The position numbers were made by a program, and so were the translations under genes. A DNA stretch of 60,576 bases, from IMG/VR virus record IMGVR_UViG_3300042937_001207. One strand, written 5' to 3'. The notes beneath the pieces were generated by a model. That model made no database searches. It saw only the letters and a program-made list of their open reading frames with translations, and was not told where the DNA came from. The DNA is from an uncultured virus (IMG/VR IMGVR_UViG_3300042937_001207). Taxonomy: Duplodnaviria; Heunggongvirae; Uroviricota; Caudoviricetes. How positions within the stretch are numbered: position 1 is the first letter of the stretch; each line of letters starts with the position of its first letter. This document shows, in pieces, positions 12,001-18,848 of the stretch.

Positions 12001-14127
12001 AACACTGCGTCAGACGCAGAGCAGGTTAATGAGCTGAAAAGACTCCTTGACCTGTATGTTTCTGGATTAGCAGACAAGAGCATACCCGCCTACGACTTTA
12101 GGGAAGGTATTTCTCCTTTTTCTGCAGATGCGATAATGCCAACAAACTCATCGATTATCTATGGCGAAATAGGCGAAGAACCATCAGACATAATCGGAGC
12201 AATCGCATATCGCTCAAATTTCATAGAAGCAATGGTTGACAGAGCCGGCAAAAACTACAAAGAATACACGGACACGATAGCTAAAGCAAAATCAATTTTT
12301 AATAACAATCAACACATCGAGCTGTTTGACGAAGATTCTCCGGCTGGAAGAATGAGCACTTTTGATGGATTAATAAAATCTTTTGAGGGTATTTATGGAA
12401 TGCCAGAAATGCAACCTCAAGATGAATACTATGAAAAAGTATATGGACCTAGAGACATTGCTTCTGACTCAATCAGAAGAGCTGCTTATGTGCAGTCCAA
12501 TTACTCTCCTCTAGATTTAAGCAACAATCTCACATCTGGTGATGATGCAGATATTGAGTGGTCAACAAACAACTGGTCTTTGGCAAAAGACAAGTTCATG
12601 GAAGCTTCGGACGCTGTTATTGTAAGAATGCAGAACAATGACTTGCGCTCAGCAGAAGTTCTCATGATTGACAGGAAAAGCGGCCCTTTTACAAACTCCA
12701 AAGCACTTGTTGGCGGCTTACGCGACGGCAGCGAAGACTACATGACCACAGCAACTAGAGAAGGTCTCGAAGAGGTTGGAATAGACCTTGATTCATCAAT
12801 TGATTCAAGGCCACTTGGAATTATTTCGTCACCAGATTGGGACCCTAGATTTGTTAAGGGAAGCAGAATTGGTGCTGGACTGTTTATAGTTCCATGGGAT
12901 TCAAATGTTACTGCTGCCTCAGATGCAAAAGCAGCAAACTGGGTTTCTCTTGAAGAAATTGCTCGTGGTAAATATCCATTAGCTTTTGGACATGCAGAAT
13001 GGTTGAGAAGAGCTGTTGCAAAAATGGGCAAAGATTATGAAGGCTCAAATTCCGCAGACCCATTCAGTGATTTGAGAATGTCAATGGCAATGAGACTTAA
13101 TCTTTTGGCAAAAGCACAAAGATTAAGAAATCAAAGAATAATAGCTAGAATAAATAAAGTTCGTGCAGAAAAAAATGCTGAACAATTTTTGCCAAACGAC
13201 AAGATGCCTCACCCAATGATGCCGTGGGGCGCTGAATTTAAGAGCGACTCATGGAGCCCAGACGGCCCCGTAGGTCGTTCTGCTGGACCATCCCGTCCAG
13301 TAGTAGACAAGTCTTTAGCACAAGACTTAAATCTTCTTGATTATCAATCTGGGTACTCAATAGACGAACTTAGTTCCCCTTCGCCTGTTTCCACATCTCA
13401 AAAATACAGACTTAATGGGAATAGGGTTTCAGACGACAGGTATAACGGTCTTTGGGTTCCATACATTGAAAACAGCATCGCTCGAGTAGCAAAACCAGAA
13501 CTGAGAGATGACACAGAGCAACCTACTGTTTTTGTTCTTGGTGGGTCTTCTGGAACCGGCAAAACAGTTGCAAGAAGCACCAATTTTTCAGGAATACCGT
13601 CGTACCAGGATGCTGTTGTTGTTGACCCAGACGATGCAAAAATGATTATGCCAGAAGCTCGTTACTGGTTTGAAAAAAGACTCCCTGATGCTGCAAATCT
13701 TACTCACTCAGAGTCGAGAGCAATAGCAGCATCATTGATGAGAAGAGCTGCGTCTGAAGGTGTTGATATTACATACGACACCAGTGGACAGTTCAATGAT
13801 GGTAATCGTGACCTTATTGACTGGAAAAACTCCGGTTATAAAATAGTTGCACACTACTTCTTCTCACCAGATGATGTTATCGCTCAGAGAAACAAAGAAA
13901 GATTTGAAAGAACTGGAAGAATGGTTCCGGACTGGATTCCTCCAGCAATAAATAGAAACCTATACTTCCAGCTTCCTAGTCTAGACCCGTTCTTTGATGA
14001 GCTATTCATTTATGACACAACAGGCGACCCAATGAATCCAGTGATGATTGCCAGACGTGCAATAAATGAACAACTCGAAATAATGGACCCAAAACTGTTT
14101 GATTTTGCCAACTTCAACAAAAATTAA
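1..14127 (+). CDS. Giant multidomain protein (>4,700 aa, 5'-truncated by the window), probable virion/head-associated polyprotein with HTH, Clp-N, Nudix and zeta-toxin-like modules
   Basis: Frame 1 has no stop from base 1 to the listed Met at 163, so the true start lies upstream. The recurring linker (G/S)P(V/A)G(K/R/A)M separates recognisable C-terminal domains. The ORF lies just upstream of the major capsid gene. Confidence 0.85.
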   Translation, partial: RKQNQTNNFIEDLQPLSLDGAFKTAKRITDLSNGKINLSELAGALYTPNFFDGWMNRDGLSQTWESYLKFGKNSRTHAALKKMTPEKRSQFLGVDTEIADMLVARAQEDFLLWTDDSEAFSGDLVTTLEELKLLAKDDSLFDNPNPHPNYPLQWGNSIAKSVSHPVEQFIHALSLRDMQLKEIWENSHTNSTKRAIDGLLGENLEGARSTAFKIASYLLPGTLLSEITDNEDDEIPATVVALKRQLNRYDQKGRSFIDYAIMADVQENKNKNSVLERNENLVNALGIISTAIRTLGAYGDEINTINGNIKDVNNSIASEISEENDESFAELVENYMDAAPFAWGPSGAMARRSGSDYPREKRQSGAWSPLANYAQSSMYLDYKNRRTRKNLDISNSIDANQSEIFNEISELMLTLRERVSNNSLRLLDYAKSYDQKTGNLVLDFYNPRKPTSALGDSPGLLKSITMLLAIASNNARNNNERSEARSILNELLDWAEVYLPQYSKIRPKNNNSLSEMLLNGPVGKLGAKEAYDALENKKYKTLKQRLQAFDNKSKDIVFDSVADKNPSSKLRELETELDEIISEGWMNERVLSSLFESISGHMDDVFEEGISERTRNRMRPVFDGFANAMKSKYSKEYSEAFGMINLDSIQRKRRRANVRMSQETPDSSPVGRMGSGYSPLRLPIAETNKDSHLSDEFKKRWADIDKSNQDADEILSSQNPKFENFKGTELTFNWQNENSRFSYIKKVDKNKLEPNFIKKPTGANFVPTFQKTKELYSSGLLEKIGIYANKPEGHPFFVTFHGDKLVKFSSTPSDANADANSIKQILGAIHPELNPETFETIYQSWIRNPYITIADENGKNIGVRLGLANNDTKMRNELRKRVRDVYDFVSRSTGGKIPKAQYPLEKENSDATTAEFPSTAKALANDFIRRIQPSLLNRAHSVDSLSKLFNQNAEEMAMPELPSREQMQKYLQDNFPEVLQNLKPESSPLDGVTDDEVAEAVEVVSMLNDGTRVLKFGEIKKLLSTKENGYELWTDDAVDEVINTVNRYTEVAGGSQLIDTSAAGKMSSSPENQSQILRDEFEAARTLRSIQRAQDMTPEQENEFRKIQWMRQQLEEIVEEDWVRFGPFVLTNSYRGIAEKQSGNMSFHLRTLGDKTVKAMFDEISSKFPNAENKEAVKNFESQIRTALSKAARGDELTPKYPESWPPELIESDLNEILSPKEMAAVAKVEDSLDRETLLSMLGGEIGEKDETRKEILRIVGSLPKVSVPASKGSRELISTPEQMGQNILIEAFDGTPKSVQDLVNSFSEQQLDAFRKSIQISSYTKDSFDNQNLQIQRASLIRQTSIAVAKLSQTEEGRNKIRQQLSAFANELPDGSDELLKKIQNSEILEEDVYESLSRYIPDSSSTQPISGLWFTLAAPLFSANNETSSSLKVSETSKKNQVDRLFAEIALVEEPAEKIKTQLQDFVALNPVDGIGARTVITEATLAGTTQSALEKKQLELISKYDGTSESAKEIIDSLTDEQIKKLWAGYIWPTIYKVSGTGPGSLIRKKSQKIAAERTQQILNRLGEKFKKSVYGLGGFVDADGYSADDVNMLISEAIDASFGTNMLENLTTEDRSEYVSLVDYFLSGGRSLLGKGEYSEAVRKINLDKTPSAIKRRKIQQIDEEIAQITDGAGDRMDDAVRDLLDQYRKMSPEEIEARRLEEEAFEAERRRTRPGKYQVGGGDDYEPAPEDWEDDGESTSAVGSMAKAPNTLNEKARALLDAALNPHRKHDEEARLEFNNLHGNVYDELALQGVDIPLGFSYDKAEDVYIDPELEKIYVRALNFYAIENYDDSEFRRLKNGTLLYVPQRLIGGESSSTEQTATTEEEYAPYNPEMDEDESLRPSNFNPENNAVANALENRYNSFIGGNNNYFTRDWFHENGRYGTEAEKLLQSINNEPGLIDMDKVLIYVQNQSGWIEGEDLEQSIIAAKSISLPVVPDRYRSGGDGSRFGMSSFASARRLSSSEKLELDRQKKIARSKAKSSKALRDGWLNDMTTGSMLDESEIGLRDGYYPDAVISGIKTALRENGQIDNFDSVIRAARNAATTRSQSESRVKALARVIEITQNSGDLISEIYNIDNAINEIEESEERTSRQYQERIRAQILSRVSATASIIKARDMFIAGQKEKISSGTISPRDYLISIQQWDAEYGPQILQMQAEIQSFSTKAEASSRARQDLFEQRDELLRRAEELKALVADSAQYMGVLLAQKAINDSMKNLANNGGDGVIGSGPAGNMRRIGYTFGESGAINGFDDYLRNNSNMYTPFNIPMTKKEKALSNVMLSQLRSVNGIQTVDLIENRDSSSRQRIEAFTQRAQTSPVGAVRTLSNQTQDMPSTIKNVLQNEYNRSVGQMLASEKDNDIRSLINASYSSSGMPSRTSQILEEMDKGTDIYSLARKNNIPITEIFSIAAIRESLLASVKYDIQKLTLNQVADKYGFDKTRLSNAAESFKRAEKFRKSYAQMQNRFNDLIKNNTLAESYALLNEEFPEMTKVRGMGSAGKLIAINDELMEEVKTKIARAMRLFDDYPNMSARVASALTGIHQDSAKSIYMAVMNDGNRPPRSNRNAKQVYSALPGDWDYMTYGERQDWLSSDEAKERMGEQARTFALQRNAEDIESSGSMDGPYGAMASALKKANLDKNIYGTNSTDENGVSPIFAWKGIKDSDLIRTGFLSTSKFVESFPNLQNVSDENLAVFLNTSPAIAKKLRSGKFNLSLNAARKLSHSIGKNPEKIWPAYTASEQEVGPDGDILWIAGNWTEMKPVFESIESGQNDSEISNELGRLITPKMATARKLAENGKLEEFYNQVGKKNPSVDEAAKFMSSNLPESRRDTVASFARAGYTESEIVDTTGFNPNTVRNILHELRKSGIAPTSVGSQEWVAKNRKSILEDIASGMSKRQAMRKYGIGAAALNSIIQPTAESSEPRQSFRNAYEAMSSGPVGAMASRRISEDASQANGPTPEWDSDSPEVRVFLPETPPVVVGNPFYGPYEARRFSDGAQKDQEALARWFSGLGDLLKYHISGGQLYEATIGPDEDSPSVFPELENSKTKKVNEMINEGQFPGLIRSMRHIMRESYNQMLVEQEIAEDFGQNSYSESEDDAIEFESGFIDAESIMSIDSPIAKDILAVYRALGRSTSGFVKGDSKWINDVVRLMSRDSELERIGLNEDSKNRINDWMRRATSREFKAAQAMSSIHSMMIDAVNDINRAMYPISQFTDRTVADDQMLAWYLDRIFKAIYDESSVSSFVLEDMSREKGADFVQLNPEQTERWYDSVKDLSDTMAALFADAIEFSSVNSKISDDSFDMLSVAPRKAADGRFSIYGPDIVYSGFEDSRPYNKNVKWFAQPGAEQQVESLYEMYEKSPDVYWWQDSSGNISTDEPITTKDILSMDSGEEFSRYIKILTESLSASPDEDAANVLRKLFGVTLSDGVSLNKEELALAKAYSQLNGFLRSEVDALKENKTRVSENMTMSSYFPWVNWSNSSDAYPVISGDIQSMLTPKQAERFDKINSFTEEKVNSLNDDARATYARYLESQKNTTAINNLRRTQGTFSEVMRPIDRVNEEIAKLRENREYSIKAIEILGALNGFAQEIGAEEIANDIDILTMKVINALDTNDKNAAFTTIRDFASSVISDKFGEYLNFFDSAISVGDAFEKVAQFIKAEDKKTRRNSLMSRYKREVIDSIPESVLSSSRKSKNVKTFDSWLNENGYEDLTYEFYSSADDIPKNFFSESSPNEDNRIVPPGDGPVGKMALNRYTKPNILSVVHAHEEAKLGNSSEVTIPHLLLGLARENIGKKSVNQSIAGRVLARLGINVNELRDAINNTVAKSSDENSDKVIALSFGARKTMINSVKEALNRGENIIDTEHLIASIAKTDDGRDDGLSSILESLGTNKSELLAESISTMKRFSMGSFPNERGPVGKMGVAREQILQKDREIEALRAEVNSSNLWFNRDRNPGIRNNTASDAEQVNELKRLLDLYVSGLADKSIPAYDFREGISPFSADAIMPTNSSIIYGEIGEEPSDIIGAIAYRSNFIEAMVDRAGKNYKEYTDTIAKAKSIFNNNQHIELFDEDSPAGRMSTFDGLIKSFEGIYGMPEMQPQDEYYEKVYGPRDIASDSIRRAAYVQSNYSPLDLSNNLTSGDDADIEWSTNNWSLAKDKFMEASDAVIVRMQNNDLRSAEVLMIDRKSGPFTNSKALVGGLRDGSEDYMTTATREGLEEVGIDLDSSIDSRPLGIISSPDWDPRFVKGSRIGAGLFIVPWDSNVTAASDAKAANWVSLEEIARGKYPLAFGHAEWLRRAVAKMGKDYEGSNSADPFSDLRMSMAMRLNLLAKAQRLRNQRIIARINKVRAEKNAEQFLPNDKMPHPMMPWGAEFKSDSWSPDGPVGRSAGPSRPVVDKSLAQDLNLLDYQSGYSIDELSSPSPVSTSQKYRLNGNRVSDDRYNGLWVPYIENSIARVAKPELRDDTEQPTVFVLGGSSGTGKTVARSTNFSGIPSYQDAVVVDPDDAKMIMPEARYWFEKRLPDAANLTHSESRAIAASLMRRAASEGVDITYDTSGQFNDGNRDLIDWKNSGYKIVAHYFFSPDDVIAQRNKERFERTGRMVPDWIPPAINRNLYFQLPSLDPFFDELFIYDTTGDPMNPVMIARRAINEQLEIMDPKLFDFANFNKN
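7270..8880 (+). other. Cluster of helix-turn-helix-like segments within the giant ORF
   Basis: Segments LTLNQVADKYGFDKTRLS, MSARVASALTGIHQDSAKSI, DENLAVFLNTSPAIAKKLRSGKFNLSLNAARKLSHSIGKNPEKIW (XRE-like), GYTESEIVDTTGFNPNTVRNILHEL and GMSKRQAMRKYGIGAAALNSII. Confidence 0.55.
11371..11835 (+). other. Clp N-terminal repeat (ClpC/ClpB N-domain-like) module within the giant ORF
   Basis: Two repeats, AHEEAKLGNSSEVTIPHLLLGL and SVKEALNRGENIIDTEHLIASI, match the ClpC-N pattern A.EEA......I..EHLLLGL; VLARLGINVNELR also fits. Confidence 0.8.
12600..13020 (+). other. Nudix hydrolase module (ADP-ribose pyrophosphatase/NrtR-like) within the giant ORF
   Basis: Nudix box GGLRDGSEDYMTTATREGLEEVGI, plus DAVI..VLMIDR, DWDPR, ASDAKAANW and LAFGHAEWL. 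Confidence 0.85.
13500..14127 (+). other. Zeta-toxin-like P-loop kinase module at the C-terminus of the giant ORF
   Basis: VFVLGGSSGTGKT Walker A, VVVDPDDAK, THSES, ITYDTSG, RFERTGRMVP. Confidence 0.8.
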
Positions 14128-14148
14128 GCAAACTGATAGGATTAACAT

Positions 14149-14355
14149 ATGTCAAAAATGAACAGCTACGGCAATCCAAAGGCACGTCAAGGGATAACCC
14201 CAATCGAGGCTCTTTTGATGGCTGCAATAAATGGATACTCACTTGAGGAAGCCGGTCTTGCTGATAGTGAGGAAAATAGGGAATGGCTAAAAATGGCTAA
14301 TTCAAGCGTTGCTGAAGCCAAAAAAATTGGCGCAATAATTGACATACCATCCTAG
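14149..14355 (+). CDS. Small hypothetical protein with its own leaderless promoter
   Basis: 68 aa ORF; TAGGAT -10 box 6 nt upstream of the ATG. Confidence 0.65.
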   Translation: MSKMNSYGNPKARQGITPIEALLMAAINGYSLEEAGLADSEENREWLKMANSSVAEAKKIGAIIDIPS

Positions 14356-14483
14356 TGATGTACATTCCCTACATTACTTTTTGGCGTGTTAAATTTGTAA
14401 CTAAGGCATAAGACGCTGGGTGCTTACCTGAGCAGTGTTGACGCAAACAATTTCAAAATCAAAATTCCAAACAGGAGAAAAAA

Positions 14484-15803
14484 ATGTCATTCGACGATTC
14501 ACGTTTAAGAGAACTCCAAGGAGCTCTCAGAGAAAAAATGGCCGACAACAAGACGATTGCTGACTCATTCAGAGTTGACAACGGTACAGTTGTTGTGTCG
14601 CAAGAGCAGAAGTCAGCCTTTGATAAGAACATGGGCGACATCCGCGAAATCAAGAGCCTCATCGAGGGCCTTGAGTCAATGAAGGGTGTCCAGGAATGGG
14701 GCTCGCAACAATCATCTGACTCTGTAGCAGCAGCTGCAGCAGCAGGCGCATCGATGTCACAATCAGAGCGTCGTGTGAGTGTTGGGGACGCATTCGTTAA
14801 CTCGGCTGAGTTCAAGTCGCTTCAGGGTGGAAAGAATGGCGCAAACATGCCATCAGCTTTCCAGATGAATGCTTCGCTAACTGGCTACGGTGTTAAGGAC
14901 GTTTACTCGGCATTGCCATCAGGCACTCCTAGCTCGTTCGGAACCATTCAGCGCGATGCAATTGTTACGCCTCCAATGCGTACCAAGCGTGTTCGTGACT
15001 TGTTCCCAGTCCGCACAACTTCAGCAGCTGTCATTGAATACTTCCAGCACCTTGGCTTCACGTCAACTGGTGGCGGTACAAACAGTGCATCGTCTGTTGC
15101 AGAGCGCTCAGGTAACAACTTTGGTCCAAAGCCACAGTCAAGCTTTGTATTTGTTGGCCAACAGGCTCCAGTACGCACGCTTGCCCACTGGGAAGCAGCA
15201 CACAGAAACGTTCTTGCCGATGAGCCACAACTACGCTCAATCATCGACAACGAGTTGATGTACGGTCTCCGTCTTCAGGAAGACTCACAAATCCTCAATG
15301 GCGATGGAACTGGCGAAAACCTTACTGGTGTTCTTCAGACCTCGGGTATCCAGAGCTACGACTGGTCAGATGGCGAAACATTGCCAGTGGCAGACACAAT
15401 GGCAGATGCGATTCGTCGTGCTGCAACATTGTCCTTCTTGGCATACTACGAGCCAACTGGCGTTGTTCTTAACCCGCTTGACTGGGAAAAGATTGAAACG
15501 ACAAAGGATGAAAACGGCCAGTACTTGGTCGCGATTTCCGTAGCTCTCGGCGGCGAGCCAAGAGTATGGAGAATCCCAGTCGTGGAGACACCAGCAATCG
15601 CAGAAGGCACAGCACTTGTTGGAGCATTCGGTACCGGAGCACAGTTGTATGACCGTGAGCAGGCATCGATTCGCATCAGCGAACAGCACAGCGACTTCTT
15701 CGTAAGAAACGCAGTTGTCATCTTGGCTGAACAGCGTTTGGCACTTGCTGTCAAGCGTCCAGAGGCGTTCGTGAAGATTAACTTCGACAACGCACCTAGC
15801 TGA
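14484..15803 (+). CDS. Major capsid protein, HK97 fold
   Basis: N-terminal coiled-coil delta domain; LRSIIDNELMYGL..QEDSQILNGDGTGENLTG, VLNPLDW..KDENGQYL, DFFVRNAVVILAEQRLALAVKRPEAFV; AGGAG RBS. Confidence 0.95.
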   Translation: MSFDDSRLRELQGALREKMADNKTIADSFRVDNGTVVVSQEQKSAFDKNMGDIREIKSLIEGLESMKGVQEWGSQQSSDSVAAAAAAGASMSQSERRVSVGDAFVNSAEFKSLQGGKNGANMPSAFQMNASLTGYGVKDVYSALPSGTPSSFGTIQRDAIVTPPMRTKRVRDLFPVRTTSAAVIEYFQHLGFTSTGGGTNSASSVAERSGNNFGPKPQSSFVFVGQQAPVRTLAHWEAAHRNVLADEPQLRSIIDNELMYGLRLQEDSQILNGDGTGENLTGVLQTSGIQSYDWSDGETLPVADTMADAIRRAATLSFLAYYEPTGVVLNPLDWEKIETTKDENGQYLVAISVALGGEPRVWRIPVVETPAIAEGTALVGAFGTGAQLYDREQASIRISEQHSDFFVRNAVVILAEQRLALAVKRPEAFVKINFDNAPS

Positions 15804-15821
15804 TAACAAGCTATTAAGCTG

Positions 15822-15860
15822 AAACCCCGCTCATTCCGAAAGGTTTGAGCGGGGTTTTTG
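15822..15860 (+). terminator. Rho-independent terminator after the capsid gene
   Basis: AAACCCCGCTCA...TGAGCGGGGTTT stem followed by a T run. Confidence 0.85.
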
Positions 15861-15882
15861 CTTTATATGGGATAATGAGAGT

Positions 15883-16266
15883 ATGGACAATCCAATTTTA
15901 AAACTTATACAAAGCTTGGTAAACGGCGAAAGCTCAATTCTTGTTGAGATGGAAAAAGAAAAGCCAAAACCAAAACTTGCGGCCGAAGAAGCAGAGTTGG
16001 CTGATTCATTGTTGAAAATTGCCCAGAAGTATGGGAAGTTCAATGAAGACGAAACAGGTATATGGGCCGGCTATGTTGACGCAAGAGAAAATGAAGTTGC
16101 TCAAATAGGAGTTAAGTGCGCAAATTGTGCTCTATACGAAGGTAACGGTTCGTGCAAAATAATCGCCCAAAGCGTTGAGCCAAATGGCAGATGCAGATTT
16201 GCGGTCATACCTGATGGTGTTGTAAGTGGAATAGTTGATGGAATGATAAAGAAGGTTAAAAAATAA
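15883..16266 (+). CDS. Hypothetical protein with HiPIP-like Cys motif
   Basis: KCANCALY...SCKII..SVEPNGRC resembles the CxxC...C...GxC spacing of HiPIP-like proteins. Confidence 0.55.
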   Translation: MDNPILKLIQSLVNGESSILVEMEKEKPKPKLAAEEAELADSLLKIAQKYGKFNEDETGIWAGYVDARENEVAQIGVKCANCALYEGNGSCKIIAQSVEPNGRCRFAVIPDGVVSGIVDGMIKKVKK

Positions 16267-16667
16267 TGGAAAGATTTTGGTATGGAGCTACTGTCCTTAA
16301 TGTCGTAGACGGCGACACCGTTGACCTTATGGTCGACCTAGGGTTCAGCGTGCATCACAAGATTCGTGTTCGCTTATACGGAGTCAACACTCCTGAATCA
16401 AGAACGAAAGACCTTGCAGAAAAAGAATTGGGATTAAAGGCTAAGTCATTCACTAAGGATTGGCTGACGAATCATAAATGGGTTTTCGTAAATACAATCC
16501 CAGACAAAAATGACAAGTATGGACGTGTTCTTGCAAAAATATATAGCTCGGACAAAATAGAAGACCCATCTACGGCTTGTCTAAATAAAGACATAATCCA
16601 GTCTGGCTATGCTCGTGAGTACTTTGGTGTAGGTGACAAAACCTGGGCCGAGTTCAAAGCAAAATAA
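16266..16667 (+). CDS. Thermonuclease (SNase-like)
   Basis: VVDGDTVD, RVRLYGVNTPE, DKYGRVLA. Confidence 0.92.
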   Translation: MERFWYGATVLNVVDGDTVDLMVDLGFSVHHKIRVRLYGVNTPESRTKDLAEKELGLKAKSFTKDWLTNHKWVFVNTIPDKNDKYGRVLAKIYSSDKIEDPSTACLNKDIIQSGYAREYFGVGDKTWAEFKAK

Positions 16668-16681
16668 GATAGTATTTTGCA

Positions 16682-16957
16682 ATGGACAACAACAGAGACA
16701 CACAGGATTCGATTGCGGATTTGACGCAAAAAATAGAAGCGCTACAGTCAGAAGTAGACCGTATGCGCGCGATTATGAATCAGCAAAATCAGCCCAAACC
16801 ATATACCGTTACACTGACCCCAAACTCAACAGACAGCCTTACGGAGCTAGTAAAGCCTGTTGCAAGACGTATCTCGGATATTGGCCTACCTTCTATTTCA
16901 AAAATATTTGGCGGAACATTAGCCTCAGATATAGAAACTAAAGATATAAAAAAATAA
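16682..16957 (+). CDS. Hypothetical protein (N-terminal coiled coil)
   Basis: 91 aa ORF in operon-like arrangement. Confidence 0.6.
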   Translation: MDNNRDTQDSIADLTQKIEALQSEVDRMRAIMNQQNQPKPYTVTLTPNSTDSLTELVKPVARRISDIGLPSISKIFGGTLASDIETKDIKK

Positions 16958-16974
16958 GTATTAATGTTTCAATA

Positions 16975-18249
16975 CTAGATAGACCTATCGGCTATTGACC
17001 TATTCTCCACAGGCTCAAGCCTTCCATTGTGCTTTGCTTGCCCGTCTTTTCTAACCCATGTCATTCCGTATGTTGTGTCCAGTGTTTCTGGACCCTCCCT
17101 GCGCAATAGCCTTTCTGCCATTGACTGGAAAGTTGGGTCATCGCTGAGGTTCAGATACGCATTGTGCGACCATGGAAGGTCGTAGAAAGCAGGGGCATTA
17201 ACCAGCAGTGCTCCAGCCGTATTCCAGTGCTCCTCAATTCTTGGGTTCTCATTAACGATGGCTCCAGATAGGCAGTATGCGGGAACGTCCATTCCGACCA
17301 ACGGCCTATTTACCTCAAGCATTTTTTCTATTGTTGAAGCATCAAGAGACATATCAGAATCTATATATAGAACTGCGGAATAATTAACCACCCCATAGTT
17401 CAATTCCGTACAGCTTTCTCCCCAGTGATGCCCGCTGGTCACCCTGTGTCTTTGAGCAAACTCTCTTATAAGGTTTCTGCCTGTTTCTATTCGAATCCAT
17501 CTATTTCCAGAATTAACTTGAGCCTGCATATCGTTTATTGAGTATGTCCAGTAATCTCCATTGACTTCTCGTAACGCTTCGATTACTTCGGCAAATGGCT
17601 CTATGCCCCTATTGTCTAACTCAAAGGCAGCAAACCACTTAACATTTGGGAATCTTCTTGAAATTTCTACTTTGTCTGCAAGCCAATCAAGATGCTCTTT
17701 TGCATCACACTTCCAGGCTACTAGTGGTGTTCCGATTACAAAATGCTTATCGTAATCAATTGGTTTGAATACTGGTGAATCGGGTGTTTTTATTTCTGGT
17801 TTATTCAGCTCTGCAATAAAGTCTGAACAGACACCGGCGAATTGGGTTTTCCAGCCAGAGTTAATTTCCCACCAAGAAAGTTCTGGTAAAACTTTAATGC
17901 ATTTAGTTGAGGTTGATTTCTTGCCCGGATAAGCCCAAACATAACCCCTGCTTGTAATCGTGTAATCGTCTGTGTCGTGAAAAAAACAATGTAAATCGTG
18001 TTGCATTGCAAAACTCAACGCTTCTTTGTTTTTGCAATGAATCCATATTTGGTTAGTTCTATCAATTAACCATTCTTTTGGTACGGAATACTGGGGTCCG
18101 TCGTGTCCAAGGAAAAGTCCAGAATCATTAGCCCACAGGTCAACTTCAACATCAAATCCACTGGCTATTGCGGCCTCTATGTATTGTGGATTATTTTCAA
18201 GTTCTGGTTTTGGGCCGTTTAAATTGCCTCTATGAGATATATAAATCAT
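16975..18249 (-). CDS. Fusion of a GDPD/PLC-like phosphodiesterase domain and a glycosyltransferase-like domain
   Basis: N-terminal ISHRGN..ENNP..GFDVEVD..LGHD..WIHCKN; C-terminal RIETGRN, LYIDSD (DxD), SDDP. Confidence 0.7.
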   Translation of the reverse strand: MIYISHRGNLNGPKPELENNPQYIEAAIASGFDVEVDLWANDSGLFLGHDGPQYSVPKEWLIDRTNQIWIHCKNKEALSFAMQHDLHCFFHDTDDYTITSRGYVWAYPGKKSTSTKCIKVLPELSWWEINSGWKTQFAGVCSDFIAELNKPEIKTPDSPVFKPIDYDKHFVIGTPLVAWKCDAKEHLDWLADKVEISRRFPNVKWFAAFELDNRGIEPFAEVIEALREVNGDYWTYSINDMQAQVNSGNRWIRIETGRNLIREFAQRHRVTSGHHWGESCTELNYGVVNYSAVLYIDSDMSLDASTIEKMLEVNRPLVGMDVPAYCLSGAIVNENPRIEEHWNTAGALLVNAPAFYDLPWSHNAYLNLSDDPTFQSMAERLLRREGPETLDTTYGMTWVRKDGQAKHNGRLEPVENRSIADRSI

Positions 18250-18848
18250 AAAATCCTTGTGAAATGGATGTCCGCTTCCTTGCCTACATTGTCAGGGACA
18301 ACACTACATGAGAAACTATTTGCCTCTAGCCAAGCGACGATATCTTCTACTCTGTTTTCTTGAGTTTTATATAGGTCGACTGTATAAGCGCCTTCGCACT
18401 TGCCCTTTAAAACAATCCCTATTTTTTCGCCAAGGCTCTTCAAAACTCTAAAATCGTTACCCTGAGCATCAACCCATAGGTAGTCAATTTTTTCAATTCC
18501 ATTGTCAATTATGAAAGTATCAAGTCTTGTTGTTTGAACTTCGGCAGTGTGGGTTACCTGGAAGTCTGGTCTACCTTCCCATTTCTCGTGAATATCATCG
18601 GCAAATTCGTACAGAGAAGAACACCCCCAATCTCCGCCACCAGCAATATTGAAAACTTTTGTTGTTTCCTCAATATCTACCGCCTTGCCAATAAGGTGGA
18701 AATTGCTATCCTCCTTGAACCTATTTGACAAATGCTCTATTAGTTCTGGGGTTGGCTCAAAGGCCCAGACTTCATTATTTTTATCATTGATAAAATGCGC
18801 TGTGTCATTTCCATAGTTTGCACCGACCTCAACAATTATAGATTTCAT
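18246..18848 (-). CDS. FkbM-family SAM-dependent methyltransferase
   Basis: IVEVGANYG, WAFEP, RLDTF...IDYLWVDAQGND; start reassigned to the ATGA overlap at 18848. Confidence 0.88.
   Translation of the reverse strand: MKSIIVEVGANYGNDTAHFINDKNNEVWAFEPTPELIEHLSNRFKEDSNFHLIGKAVDIEETTKVFNIAGGGDWGCSSLYEFADDIHEKWEGRPDFQVTHTAEVQTTRLDTFIIDNGIEKIDYLWVDAQGNDFRVLKSLGEKIGIVLKGKCEGAYTVDLYKTQENRVEDIVAWLEANSFSCSVVPDNVGKEADIHFTRIL

Noticed and set aside
83..15809. Antisense and alternate-frame ORFs inside the giant ORF and capsid gene
   Set aside because: These are shadows of long coding frames with no independent signals.
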